A stretch of 64,000 bases of DNA. Source: Zygnema circumcarinatum SAG 698-1b (Eukaryota; Plantae; Zygnematophyceae). A program made the position numbers and the translations under genes. Below, one piece after another: positions 12,631-25,449 of the stretch. Location: NCBI GenBank assembly GCA_037447605.1, contig CM074804.1, positions 7,851,909 to 7,915,908 on the forward strand. Direction: 5' to 3'. The notes beneath the pieces were generated by a model. The model was given only the letters and a program-made list of their open reading frames with translations, searched no databases and was not told the DNA's origin. How positions within the stretch are numbered: the stretch's first letter is position 1; each line of letters starts with the position of its first letter.

Positions 12631-13672
12631 GGAAAATGATACAGCGGCCCCACTTTTTGGATATCGGCGCCCCTTTTTGGGGAAAAATGTACTTTTTTTT
12701 TTGGCTAATCACCCCCCCCCCTTGGATCTTTCGGGAGGAGAGATCTTGTAGACAATCGGACCCCGCGCCTCGCGCGCAGGATCCGACCGTGCACCGACGT
12801 ACGGCGCCGCGCATCGCGGCGTGGCCCGCGAGATGCGGCGAGCCTACGGAAAAGTTGTCCTCACCTGACTCTTTTGGGTCAGAGGTTGCCACGTGGCAGT
12901 CTGCCATTGGACAGCCCTGCTGCCGGTCCCCCATGCCGATACAGTGGACCCCCATAATATTTTCCACCTTGTACAGTGCGTCCCCAAGAAATTTGCCCCG
13001 ATTTTGCCGAAACCACCTTTTTGTACGGTAACTCAATGTTAACGTATTAGGGGCGTTAACCTAACCTGACCTATTCTCCAATACAAAATCTGTTAATTGA
13101 AACGGATTTAAAACATGGGTCACGCTTTTACGCTGTACGGTAATTACGAATAAAATCTCTGAGTCGTACGATATACGTACGGCACCAATAGGATCTCGTG
13201 TATCTAAATCACGATACGATACGATACGATACATACGAACAGACATGAACTCTAACATAATACCGCTCGCCTATTGGTAACACGGACCTTATATTTGCAA
13301 ATTACAATATTTTCGCCCAGTATTTGCCGAAACCATGGCGAAAATATTATGGGGGTCCACTGTATCGGCATGGGGGACCGGCAGCAGGGCTGTCCAATGG
13401 CAGACTGCCACGTGGCAACCTCTGACCCAAAAGAGTCAGGTGAGGACAACTTTTCCGTAGGCTCGCCGCATCTCGCGGGCCACGCCGCGATGCGCGGCGC
13501 CGTACGTCGGTGCACGGTCGGATCCTGCGCGCGAGGCGCGGGGTCCGATTGTCTACAAGATCTCTCCTCCCGAAAGATCCAAGGGGGGGGGGTGATTAGC
13601 CAAAAAAAAAGTACATTTTTCCCCAAAAAGGGGCGCCGATATCCAAAAAGTGGGGCCGCTGTATCATTTTCC
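12631..13672. mobile_element. Foldback/palindromic non-autonomous DNA transposon (outer element) with a nested MITE
   Basis: 12631-12939 is the reverse complement of 13365-13672; the only difference seen is one base in a T/A homopolymer. Ends are GGAAAATG...CATTTTCC. An 8-bp direct repeat TTTTCTTG flanks it at 12623-12630 and 13673-13680 (TSD). Confidence 0.9.
12942..13362. mobile_element. Tc1/mariner (pogo/Tigger-like) MITE, 421 bp, TA TSD
   Basis: TIR CAGTGGACCCCCATAATATTTTC / GAAAATATTATGGGGGTCCACTG. TA at 12940-12941 and 13363-13364. Internal (ACGAT)n microsatellite. A related copy without the outer arms lies at 43946-44306. Confidence 0.8.
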
Positions 13673-13705
13673 TTTTCTTGGGGGAAGGTTTTTTCTAAGG
13701 CGGAA

Positions 13706-13715
13706 ATTAGGGTTT
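13706..13715 (+). promoter_or_regulatory. Telo-box (ATTAGGGTTT, reverse complement of AAACCCTAAT) upstream of INTS4
   Basis: Exact motif ~110 bp before the ATG at 13822. Telo-boxes are common near the TSS of plant housekeeping genes; function here is untested. Confidence 0.35.
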
Positions 13716-13821
13716 GAGAGCTTCAAGGATGATGGTAAATATTCTTGGAGAATATTTCTGAAGGTGGAGATTAGAGTTTTGAGAGTTTGGATGATGGGAG
13801 AGTTTTGGAGGTAGAAGAAGG

Positions 13822-16800
13822 ATGAGGCGTGAATGGCGGGCGGGGGAGAGGCAGGCTCCGCGAGGCAGGACGTCTGCGAGGACTGGCGAGGCTGCAGCTG
13901 TCGTGGAAGGCGACTCAGAGAAGGAAGTGGAGGCGCGGGAGGCAGAATATGCAAAAAATTGCGATGGTGAGGGTCTGGCGCCTGCAGATGCACCAGCAGC
14001 AGCAGCAGCAGCAGCAGGGGCGGCGAGAGGTTCCCCGCTTGTGCATGAAAACGTAGGGGAGTTTCATGCTGCTTTACGAGAGGAAATTTTTGGAAGCAGT
14101 GCCCTTTTCGAGGAGCCTGCATCAGCGGACTCTGAGCCTGAGCATAACAGCAAGAGCAAGAGTCCTGCAGCCGTGACTCTGCGTGACAGTAAGGATAGGA
14201 TGTTGGAACGCTTAGCCGACTGCTCGCACGGTGATGAAACGCAGCGATGGGAGGCTTTAAAAGGCGTTGCAGATTTGCTGGAGACGCAAGGCCGGGCCAT
14301 AGATGTCGGTCAAACGGAGCATCTTCGCGATGTGCTTATGGAGCGGTTGTGGACTGAACCGGAGGCATCCTTGCAGGCCTGCATTGTTAGACTGCTGACT
14401 TCCCTGATAGACACGGTAGGTGTAGGACGCCTCGGCAGCAGTTGTCTTCAAAGTGACGCAGTGTCTGGCATGGAGCGCGAAGAGCCAACTGCAAAGCGCG
14501 CGAGACAGGAAGAACACGAAGTAGTCAAAGAGCATTCCTTCGCTATGTCTATATTGAGAGAACTTTTGCGATTTCTTGCCATAAAAGGTGGAGGAGTGTC
14601 TGAGACCCTGGGAGCAGGAGATCAGTCGTCACTTAGCGAATCATCCGGTACTCACATTTTGGGAGCAGCCTGCGATTCGGAAGTAGTCTGTCAGATTCTA
14701 TGGTCAGTCAAATTATTCAGAGAGGTCGGAGTTCAGGTCAATCTTTCCATGCTGACTTGCGTCGTCAAACTGTTAGCGTGTGGAGATTTCGCAGTCAGGC
14801 AGCTTGCAATTGAAGCACTGCAAGAATCGTGCACTCCAGGACCTGGCAAGGTACAAGGAGGGCTCACTTTCTCCTCTCAGGCAGAGTATCTAGCAGGAAA
14901 GCTTCACTGGTTTATCCAAGATACCGTTCCAGCTGTGAAGATTGCGGCGATCAACGCTGTGCGGGAGCTCTGCGCCAACGGAGCAGGTTTTCAGTATGCA
15001 TTTTACAAGCAGGCAGTGGCTGTGCTGAACGATCCCTTTGATGGAGTCCGTCTAGCAGCACTGAAATTAGTAAGTTTACCCAACGCATCCTACTGTTACA
15101 CCTGGCCCCTTCTCTGCTGCATATCCGCATATGTTTTCCCTCTCAGGACTTTTAAAGCAGCGTGATTTACATGGAGCACAACAAATGAATGAAAGCAATG
15201 AATGGGAATGGAAGGAACTCTCTGCCAGAGCTTGATTCAAGAGACCCTCGTAAACTGATGAACTTTTCGGCTGGATGTGGGGGATGTCAGGTGGCAGCAT
15301 GGGTGCGCTTTATGTTAAAGGAACAGCAGATTGAAGCAGGAATTGGTTCACCAGAGGCAAATGAAGCGTTTTTGCATGTAAGACATTTAGGGCCTCTTTT
15401 ATTGATTGAAGAAGTTGGTGCTTTTGTTTCACTATTCGCAGCAGGTCAAATTGGATAAATTCCATGTCAATCCCACCCTGACTTATGTTTATGCTATGTC
15501 TACGACATTCCCAAAGGTACCTTGTAACTTGAATAACTGTGCCAAGCTGCAAGCGCTTTGACCTTTCCCAGTTGATGCTTTCAAGCAGAAACATTGTCAA
15601 GTGAGTTGCATGGCTTTTTCGAATAGCCCAATCGCAGTTCACAATGTTTCCTAGTCTCTTTGACAACGTTTCTGACTGCCAGGTAATCATTCACATTTGG
15701 CATTTTTTTTTTTTGGCCCACCTAATTATCACTCATTTTTAAGTTGCTTTCTGTCATGTGTTGCAAATTTACAAGCCAACATAATATTTGGTCGTGTTCT
15801 ATCGGGCGCTGTTCCAGGTATCCTCCATGGCCACGGATATGAACATGCGTGTCCGCCAAGCAACCTTCATGGAGCTCAGAACCATGCCTGTAGCAGGCTT
15901 GAGCGTGCCACTGCTCCTGCAGACCCTTTCCAAGCGAGTGGCCAAGCTGCCTCCGACCTCCTCAAGCGGCACCATGGCTCAAAGTCAAGGTGTGGGAGAA
16001 ATACGTGCAGGGGAGGAGGGGCCTTTCAAGGTAAAAATGGTCGTTTTGGAGAGCTTCGCAGCAGGAGCATTCGTACATGGATTGGAGGATGAGTTTTGGG
16101 AGGTGAGGGGCCCTTTTCCATTCCATTTCGGATCGCAGAAGTAGTTGACTGCAATGTGGTTGTTGTGATGGGCAGCCTTTTAACTTGCCCTTTAGTGCAC
16201 TTTTCCTCTCTGCAACATCTCAATACTACCCTCCCAGGAAAGATGGTTCAGGTCGCTGTCTGGAGTGGTTTGAATCGGTATGTTCATGCATTGGGTGAAT
16301 TCCTTGGATCCCATAGTAGCCCTTTTTCCGTGTGACATGTCCCGGTTGGCAGGTCCGAACTGAAGCTTTAGCGGCCCTTGCAGCCCTCTGTTGCCGCTGC
16401 CCTGCAATGGTAGAACCGGCTGTTGTGCTTATCGTGGACGCCATAAATGACGATAATGCAGGTGTTCGAATGCGAGCACTCGAGGCATTGCTTCTCATGG
16501 CCGAAAACAGCCCGCTTCGCATGACGGATGATCAATTGCACTCGGTACACTACTACACCATGAAAATTTTCCTTATCTGCAAGGGATGGTCGAGAGATTT
16601 ACTGGAAAAACGCATTTTTGGGCAGGGTTCGCTTTTGTAATGCTCCTTGGCTGAATCTTGGGAGGTCTCGTTTTGGTTTGTTGGAGTGTTAGGGCAGAAG
16701 GCAAATGCGGATTTGATTGTGCATAATGGCTTTGAGGTGCGTTAACGTGATTTACAGGATCAGACTGGTTTGGCTCATGTTACTGATTCAGTTGTTTAAT

Positions 16801-19608
16801 GAAACTTTCCTTGATCTGCCGTTCAGGTATGTGGTGTTATGGATGATGCTAGCCGAGAGATGCGGCGTCTCAGCCGGAAGGATCTCGGTAGTCTTCATGT
16901 AGTGAAGCGAGCTGCATTGCAAAACATTGTACATGCTCTGGTTGGAGGTCTCAAGAGCAAACTTCAGGTAATTTGTCAGAAAGTGCTTGTGTCAGCTGAT
17001 TTTTTTTGGCAGAAGGAAATGTGAGAGAAGGCAGTACACTCTAGTGGTTGTGTGAGCAGACAAGGTGGAGGTTGCTGTCCTTCGAACGTCCAACGGCAGA
17101 CTGAAATCAGATTCTGAAATCTGATTTCTGTTATCCCAAGTCATTTATATCCACAAAGCATACGTTACTCTGAAAGTGTAAACTTCTGAAAGGCTTATGT
17201 GATTTCTCTCTTACCTGAGGCGATGACACGCTGTTGGCTGGTGGATACTGAGCCAGGAGGAGGAGATGGGGGCTATGGAAGCGTTATCATCTGTGGGCCT
17301 AAAGCACAGCAGTTTGGTGGAGTGCGTTGCTGAAGACTTCATCCGTCAGGTGAGAGTGGTGTGAGGCTCTTGGCCTCTGGATTCGACGTTCTGTTTTGTT
17401 GAGTTTATTGGAAATGAACGTTGTTACCGCTCCAATAGAGAAATTTGAACAAATCTTGAGAGAGGTCTGTGGAGGTGGTAACTGTGTTATTTTTTTTTCG
17501 AGCACCGAGTGCAGGCCAGGAGCGCCTTCGCAGGAGATGGAGGGATAGCTGAGCCGGTTTACAGGGCCCTCTTAGTTCTCTTAGCTTCTGCGTGCCGTTC
17601 AGGAGGAAGCCTCAATTCTCTCCTTCCTCAAAGCATGTGGGACCATCTTCTCCTTCTTGGAAAGAAGCTACCCCCTGGCATCCGTTCCTTTGTCGAGAGC
17701 ACATATTCGTTGTTACGGAATCAGCAGTCTACGAGCAGACCAAAAGGCGACATGAATATTGATCTCAGTTCAAAGCTCTTTGATTCTCAACCTCGTAAGA
17801 GTGTAGAATTTCCGGAGCCCATTTCAACAGTGACTGCAGATTTTGAGGCAGCCAGGGGGGTAGGAATTCAGGGAGTAGGATTGGCATTTGTTGAAAGATG
17901 GGAGGGTGGGTTGTACATGTCGACTATCGGTGGCGATGCAGGAGTAATGACTGAAGAGGAAAGGAGCCAGTGTGCACTTTTATCTTTAGAGTTAGGTTTA
18001 GGGGAGGGAGTCCAGGAACCGATCGTGCGAGCCCTTGCAGCTATCCTTCAGTCTGCATGGAGTGGGGCTCGTGCTTTCACTGTGAAGGGTGAATATCACT
18101 CTGCAACGCGATTGCTAAGGTGGGTATGTGATGGATGATGCCAAAGGGCAGACCTCTTCATTTTCGACCGTGTCTAAACTCAAGTGACAGCAGTCCTTGG
18201 CAAGTCCCATATATGGAAAATTGTAGCATGCGAGCTGGCTGATGTAGTTGTTTGTTTGCCTGATTTGAGTGGCGTCATTTGCACCCATCCTTGGGGGGTC
18301 GCCTTTCACCGTGGTCAGAGCTTGAACTGAAAGAATCCAGCATGCTATATCGTTGCTGCATTTAGCCGTTTGGCGGAATTCCGTACAGTGTTTATGGAGA
18401 ATTTTTTTACCTTCCAATGGGTTTCCTATTGTCACATAACTCTTTGGTGACCTATGAAATCATGAAACGCTGACGGAAATTCTTTTTTGTATGGCAGAGA
18501 TGGGTGTCGACTCTTACGAAAGATGGTTGCAATTGCTCCAGAGGTGGCCCATGCGGCCCGTTTCGCCGCGCTTCAATTGCGGATTCTAATAGTTATCATC
18601 AAGTCTTGTCACACTATTCGGGTAGGAAAAAGGCACGTGGACGATCAACTTGACAACTTGGCAGAGGATGTGAACGCTGATGTGCCTCACTTACGACAAA
18701 ACCCATTTCCCTGTCAATCCTGTAGGAGAGCCACAGAACTGGAAGCGGTCGTAGGGCGCATGGAGGGCCTGTTCCGTGGGCTGAGTGTGAGGCATAAACT
18801 GCAAATTCTTGAGCTGAAGCTCTTGGGTGCCTTGATGAGAGAAGGGTGTCAGAGCCACCTGAAAAAGCCTTCGCTAGAGGGACGACATTTAAGGGAAAGG
18901 CTCTCCATTGGTTTCGAGACAGAAGAGGACAGCAATAGGAAGTATGCTAATGTTTTAAACAAGGTGAGAAGCTACTGTGAGGATCATCACTTGAGACCTT
19001 CTCCTCCAGTTGCAGAGGTGATGGAAGGCCTTGTTAAGATGACAGGGAGGAGTCGAGCATTCAAAGATATTCTCGCCTCATATTGGCCGGTACGTCCTCC
19101 TTTTGCGGAACATGTGCGGGAAATCTGGGGAGCAATAGTTGACCCTCATGACAACCCTGACCATCCTTTAGACTTCTTTCTGGGCCTGCCAATTGGGATC
19201 GCCTTCAAGGCCGAACTGCACAACCTTAGAAGCTCAGATGTAGTTTCTGTGGAGTTGGAATTTCCGGCGGAAAACCGAGTAGAACACAGGTTTTTGGACT
19301 GTGGGGGGACACAGAATGTAGACTGTGAAGGAGGGAGCTGTACAGATGCGGCAGGGACGGATGAGAGGGAAAGCGTAAAGCGAGTCGCAACTACTGTGAT
19401 TCTCGTTGAGACTCCTCAAGTCTCTACTTTCAGCTTACGACTTAGTCTTGTACTTGTACAGCGGAGTGCCAATGGTGAGTGGCCTGAAGTAAATAGACGA
19501 GTAGAAGAGAGGAGGCGCATTGGAGTGGGGCTTTGCGGGCCTCGGGAAGTTCATTTTGTTGCCAAAGGCAGCGCCTGGCAGGCGTCCGGTGGGAGAGGGT
19601 CCAAGTAG
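13822..19608 (+). CDS. INTS4: Integrator complex subunit 4 / plant SIEL-like HEAT-repeat protein, 8 exons
   Basis: Exons (approx.): 13822-15069, 15291-15377, 15818-16102, 16353-16544, 16828-16967, 17257-17349, 17515-18119, 18498-19608 (TAG). Motifs: LNDPFDGVRLAAL, SSMATDMNMRVR, LLQTLSK, AAGAFVHGLEDEFWEVR, IVDAINDDNAGVRMRAL, and C-terminal HPLDFFLGLPIGI. Confidence 0.88.
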
Positions 19609-20070
19609 CACCCTCGTTCCGTTAGGTGCCGGCTCCGCCTTGGATGGAACAAAACGGCAGTCGCGATTCCCGACGTTGGGAGCAAGCAACCAGAGTTTGG
19701 TCCCATGTAGTGCCCGGCTTTGAATTGAAGGAACAAAGTGTCTTGGTGATGGAAAACCGATCGAGACATGGAGTTGTAATAACTTTTGGAATTATAATTG
19801 ACAGCGTTTCTTGTGAGTCAGGGATCCCATGCTCTGCCTCTCATCTCATTACTTAATGGAACCATTAAGTTTAAGAATTTAAGGTTACCCCAGCTGTGAG
19901 TAGCGCCTGACTTGACCAACCTGATCTGCCCGCACCCACTCGTTCATTTCCCACTTCACCCTCAATCAACCTCTGCTCCATGCAACTATCTCACATCGAG
20001 GGCATGCTTTTCCTTCTTGACTTGCCACTAGATCGATCCAAAACGCAGCCACGGAAAGGTAAACTTGCAA

Positions 20071-20305
20071 ACCATTTGTCAATGGCTGCAATCATTGGAT
20101 CATTGATTCGCGAAACCACCCAACATTGCCAATAGTTGCAACCATTGGTTGGCCACCCAGCCAACCATTGCCAATGACTGCAACCATTGGACCATTGATT
20201 CCCGACCCACCCGACCATTGCCGATGTTGTAACCATTGGATCCAACGGTTGGCTGGATCAGGAATCGAACGGTTTGCAAATCGCGACCATTCCAATGGTT
20301 GGTCC
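20071..20305 (+). repeat. Degenerate tandem array of a ~27-bp CCATTG/CCAATG unit (dispersed family, copy 1)
   Basis: Four units resembling ACCATTGCCAATGRYTGCAACCATTGG at ~20071, 20122, 20164 and 20214, with alternating spacers. Confidence 0.7.
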
Positions 20306-20777
20306 AACCCGTTACCGGATTGCCGTTACAGAAAAGGTTTGGTGATCTTGGTCACTGGAACCTTTTGGGACTCGAGGGCCGACGGTGAGAGCCAATTGAA
20401 AAGCGGCACGTGTATTGATGTCGTGGCGATATGTGCCTTCCAGCGGGAACCGTTCGATGTAACCGTCACGCGCGAACCGTCTATCTACGGCGACAAATTG
20501 ATTTCAAACACCGAACGGTGGAGACAGTTCCGTTCACATCGAATGGCCACGTCAGCCTCGCCGTCATCGAACGGCGGGCTCAGTCCCACTCTTATCGGGT
20601 CGTTGCGGGACCAACGGACGGACAGGATTCGTCGTCCGCAGGCTGGTAGGTAGCCTTCCCTGGCACGGCCCGGGAGCCAAAAGGCGCTCGGCCTCGCCCC
20701 CTGCTGCATTCTTCATCTTCCCCGCAGGCGAGCGCTGCTGAGTGCTGCTGCTGCTTCTGCCCTTCTGCTTTCCGTCC

Positions 20778-23700
20778 ATGGCGTTCGCATCGTGTTTTCT
20801 CGCTTTCTTACTCCTCTGCGTGCCTTTGGCGCGTGGAGAAGTTGTGTCGGAGTCTGAAGACATGCCAACGTTCGTAGAAACAGGTGAGCTCAGTTGTGCT
20901 TGTCTGCCGCGCTTTCCGTTGCTTGACCGTTGCTTGATGGGAGCAGCAGCAATAATTGCAAGATGCTGCTTAGGAAAGGCGCAGTTTCTAGATTCCTTGT
21001 GGTGTCTTCTGCTGTAAGAAACTGGCTGTTTTCAGTCTGCTTTTAAGCTTTTGTCAAGATCTTGCTCCGTTGCAAGAATATAGTCCACAAAAGTTTGAAT
21101 CGTTATCTGCTTCGTGGCATCCAGGTGGCCTTTCAGTAAGTGCTCCAATCGAAATTCTGGAATCAAGATACGTGTACGGAGCGAATCAGAATCCATTGCA
21201 GACTGTTATTCGATTCAAAGTCCCTGCTTGCTCGCTCCATACGCGTGCTATGAAATATTTCTTCGTCAGCAAGGTGATTGCATCGTTCAACGATGAGACA
21301 AAGGCTTCATATTTCGGCCGGTTGCTGACGACTTCCTCGAGTGCCGAGGTCTGTCTGCACAGGTGAGCTCACTGCATGCCGTGCTTTTTTGGCTTCTCTT
21401 TCGTGGCCTGGCATGCTGTTACTAGTGCAAAGGGCATCGTGGATTCTTGCGCATTTCTTTTGCTTTCAGAAAAGTCTTCAGTCATTTTGTTTAACGACAG
21501 GATCAGGAACTTTGCCTCATTTTGTTAAAACTGTCTGTCATTTACATTAGTTTAACAGTTTACTTGCTGTTTTTTCTTGTCGTTTCTCGCCTTTCTGTTG
21601 CAGGAATGAGAGCGTTAAAATGGGCTCGTGCATTGGTGCTTGGATTCCTTTAAAAAATACGGTAGCCTTGACTTTCCTTGTGTACCATTCTGAAGTTACT
21701 TATGTGGACATTAAGATTCCGTTAAACGGAGGACTTTCGGATGCCAAGTTACAGCTGCAACTCACAGAAGGTGCGTGTTGACAACTTTCACGTGTACAGC
21801 CTTGCAGGACTGGCTTTGAAGAAGAGAAACAGTGTTCTTTTTTTGGGGTAGATCGATAGACATTTCGTTGCTTGGGTTTCAGGCTGATCCTTATTTTTCT
21901 GTGTGGGCAATTGCGGTGTTTGCAGAATTCTGTATTTATCGTGTATATCTCTTCATGTTCGGCATCTTCTTGTTCTTGACGGCTCCGATTCTAAGCCAGT
22001 GGCTGCTGTTTTATTACAGCAGCGGAATGCTTTTTGGAGTCGCTTTTATTGCATTCATTTTACCATATAAGGTATTTGCTTCAAGCATTTAAAGCATGTT
22101 GTCATGTTTCTAGATCCGTGAGTGTTTTGAGCTGTTGATCCATCCAACCACTCAATTTCAATTGCTAACAGGCACACATTTTGGTACTCAGGATTAATTT
22201 GGGCTGGTATGTTTGCAGGCCTTTCGACAAGCGCCGACTATTGGGCAAGGCCTATGGTATATTCTATTTTTGGGATCCTTTGTAAGTTGCTAACTTTGCG
22301 TCACGCGTCATCATCATCCTGTCGCTACTTTGAAATGTCTTGTTACGTTTTCTAGAAAGTTACTAAGCAGTCAATGCATCATTCGGATGGAGGAAAACTG
22401 ATTTCAAGGTTAACTGATTGGTGGATTACATTGGTTTCAGATTGCGATGTATTGCTTATGTCAATCTGGAACTGATTGGTGAATCCTCAGTTTGGCTATC
22501 GGTTTCGTCATCGTAGCTTTCGGAAAGATGTGCTAAAATGTGGGTTTTCTGTTTGGTCTTGTGATTTTATGGCAGACGGGAATCGGTTACATTGGACAAC
22601 TCTATTTCTTGTTTCAAGCATTGGATGCAATGCAAAGTTCAAGCGGACATGGAGAGGCAGCCACTTCGGTAAGTTGCTTCTGCCCATTCTTTTGCCTTCC
22701 AACATAGGATTGCGACAAAAAGAATTGACATTATTAACAATTTTTTTTATTGGTTTTAATTTCTGTGCAGATCCTTATATTATCAATCGTTATGTTTCTT
22801 TTGATTGGAGCTGGGCTCGGATACTGGACTACTCGGAGTATCATATTGACGCCCGAAGGCGCAATAACTCCTTCAATTGCTGAATTCGTGAAGTGGGCAA
22901 TGCGCATTGTGGCTATAGCTCTCCTCAGTCAGGTAATTCTTTCGCTTTCTCTTTTGTTGAATACGGCCGCTTCATCAGAGGAAGTTATGCTTTTTTTTTT
23001 TTCAATTTGAGGTGAAAATTTCGACCATAGATGGAATGTTTGATTGAATGTTACAATTTCAATGTGTCCAGTGGAGTCCTCATTTCTGATATTTTCATAT
23101 GGGAATTGCAGAGTTCTCACGATCTCGAAGACTCTACATTTGCCGTTCTATTGGTGGCTATCGCCTCGCAGTTGCTTCATGTACAACTTTGGTATGTCCC
23201 AGCTGAACTGCCTTTTATTATTTCTGGCTTGTAGGTGAACCATGTTTGGGGAATCGGGCAATTCAAAGGAGACATTTTTATGTTTTTGTAGCTTGTTGTG
23301 TCGGATGTAGTATTTTCTCTCTTTTTATTCTTGTACGTTTGCGCTATGTGCAGGAGACTGGCCAAGCAAAGGAGTACTTGTGAGCAAAACAGTTTTGATC
23401 CTACGATTGACGGTAGGTCTTCATAAAACAACACCGGTCGTCTTTTGATTGTTGTATGCAAGATGCAATTGAAGTCAGTTGTTTCCGAGGGATTGAGATG
23501 TGATGTCAGTTGAAATCGAGTTTGCATTCAACTTGGATGTGGCTGCTCATTTATTTTACGATGTGCCAATCTTTTTTCTCATCAGAGAAAGTCTCATACT
23601 GTTCTCGTTCTTTGCTGGTTCTTGCGTTTGTGCTTGAACTGAATTTTGTTTTGGTTTTTATGCAGGTGACTATGGGAAAGATTTCATTCCCATGCATATC

Positions 23701-23886
23701 CAAGAGCAAGCATTCGTCTCGACGTTCCATGCCTCGAAACGTCGAAGATTTCGAAGCCCACAAGAAGCGGCCTCCATCTCGCAAGCTTGCACGCAGGCAG
23801 CTCTCGGCGATTTGGTTCGATCGCCCGAATTCAAGAAATGGGCGCAAGGAAATCAGACGACGTCGTTTTGTTCTTACTATCGATAG
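20778..23886 (+). CDS. NEMP: NEMP family (nuclear envelope integral membrane protein, TMEM194-like), plant type, 10 exons
   Basis: Signal peptide MAFASCFLAFLLLCVPLARG. Exons (approx.): 20778-20883, 21059-21362, 21604-21770, 21927-22071, 22219-22281, 22577-22668, 22771-22932, 23112-23191, 23354-23412, 23666-23886 (TAG). Motifs: EVCLHRNES, APILSQWLLFYYSSGM, GAGLGYW, FVKWAMRI, and C-terminal STFH...TQAALGDLVRSPEFKKW. Confidence 0.88.
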
Positions 23887-25449
23887 GAGCAAAGAAGGAT
23901 TGGGGTACTTTCGAAAGGATGGTGAGAGTACTCCACATTTGCTAATGTTTGGTATCTCGAAGAGAACCCCTTTGGGTTCGACTCTCTTCATGCACAAATA
24001 AGGCCAAAAGCGGCCCGCAGAGAAGCCGAGAGGACGGTGGATTGTTCGGCACGTTGCAAGGAAGCGGGCGGAGAAATTCAGGAGCTCAATAAGTGGGCGA
24101 CTGGCCAATAAGCTAGAATGTTTGTGACGAAAACGAGGTGGTTGTAGCCTTTGGCTGCATGCGGATGCAAGAGTTTGCAAGAGTGAAAATGGAGTGGTAC
24201 TTGCTCTTTTTTGGGCGCAATTGTTCATATTTATTGCATAGGTTTCTTAAGAGCAGGTCCAATCTGTTTATTGGCTTTGCCAATGCTTTGTCGCCTAGTG
24301 ATAGAGAAAGTCAAACATGTCAGGGTCGGTCAAACGTGGTCAGTCTAGGGGTGGCAGTTGAAGTTTAGCTTTTGTCGCGTCTCTTCTTTGTTTGACTTTT
24401 GTTATGGAATATTTTCTCTTTCAGTAGGAGAGTGGGGGGTGGATCATAGAAGCCTTGTGAATTTGACCCACTTTCCTCTTCAGGTAGTCGGGTGTTTGGC
24501 TCACCTTTTGGCCACACCACATTTCCTTTTTGTCCCTTGAAATAGCGATTTGCTATTTTGAGAAGTCGGATATGATTTCGAGATCATCCGCGATGCTGCA
24601 AGTGGGGCTCTCTGATTAGGGAGATCACAACGGGGAGAAGAAGAATGTTTTTTTGTCAATGTAGTCGAGTGGTCCGTCGCTGTCTGATAGTTGCAACGGT
24701 CTTGCAGTGCTTCTGCTTCTGCTGGTAATTAAGAATGCCTCGCCTGTGGCTGTGGCTGTGCCTGTGTTGCATGCCAAGTTGCTTTTTCTTACAACTTTAA
24801 ACAAAAAACCAACAAGAAATGCGAACAAGACATTTGCAAATCTGGCAGTAGCTCATTGGCAACTTTGCGCTTCTTGTTTGAGATTGTAAGAGTGAACAGC
24901 ATGAGTCAACACACGAGCACACCACATGCGATTGGGTAGACTTCTTTAGAATGGGTTCCGGTCACTCACGGAGAGGCAAAAGAAGGCCTCCAAGTTTAAT
25001 TAGGGCGCTGTTCGTGTGTAAATGTCAGCAATTTTTTTATATTTATGAGGCAAACCACAAAGCACTTCATGCCATAAGTGAACACATGGTCACTTTGTCC
25101 TCTAAATCAGCATGAACGCTCCATAGCCTGAAGTCTGAAATGTCACCCCTAACGTCACTCTCTGCTCCAATCCTTCATTGCAGCCCCATCATCATGTGGG
25201 TCCCAGCCACAGCAATTTACATAATGACTCCTATTTACAATATCTTATACATGGGACCTCAATCGGGTTTATTTACTTGTCAATTCAAACTTCAGCAGTA
25301 GCCTTAACTTAGAGCCAAAATAGAAATTTTATCTTACCTTTGATTTAACCTTCGCTTTACTTAAGAACATGGATGGAACCCTAAAAACCCTAAAACATGT
25401 ACCAGCCAATGTACGCCCCCCGTTCGAGCTAAACAACATAGAACTTCAC

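Noticed and set aside
12608-13717. Four ORFs (12608-13036, 12636-13031, 13252-13626, 13274-13717) forming two near-identical pairs
   Set aside because: They are mirror images produced by the inverted repeat in GC-rich DNA; no transposase or other recognisable motif.
253-19608. U12-type introns in XPO7 or INTS4 (genes that have them in some lineages)
   Set aside because: None of the inferred donors in the window matches GTATCCTT or ATATCCTT.
20071-20240. Repeat-spacer pattern as a CRISPR array
   Set aside because: Eukaryotic context, degenerate repeats, short and mutually related spacers, and no cas genes.
23551-24228. 225-aa minus-strand ORF overlapping the NEMP last exon
   Set aside because: Antisense to a conserved exon and 3' UTR; no recognisable domain.
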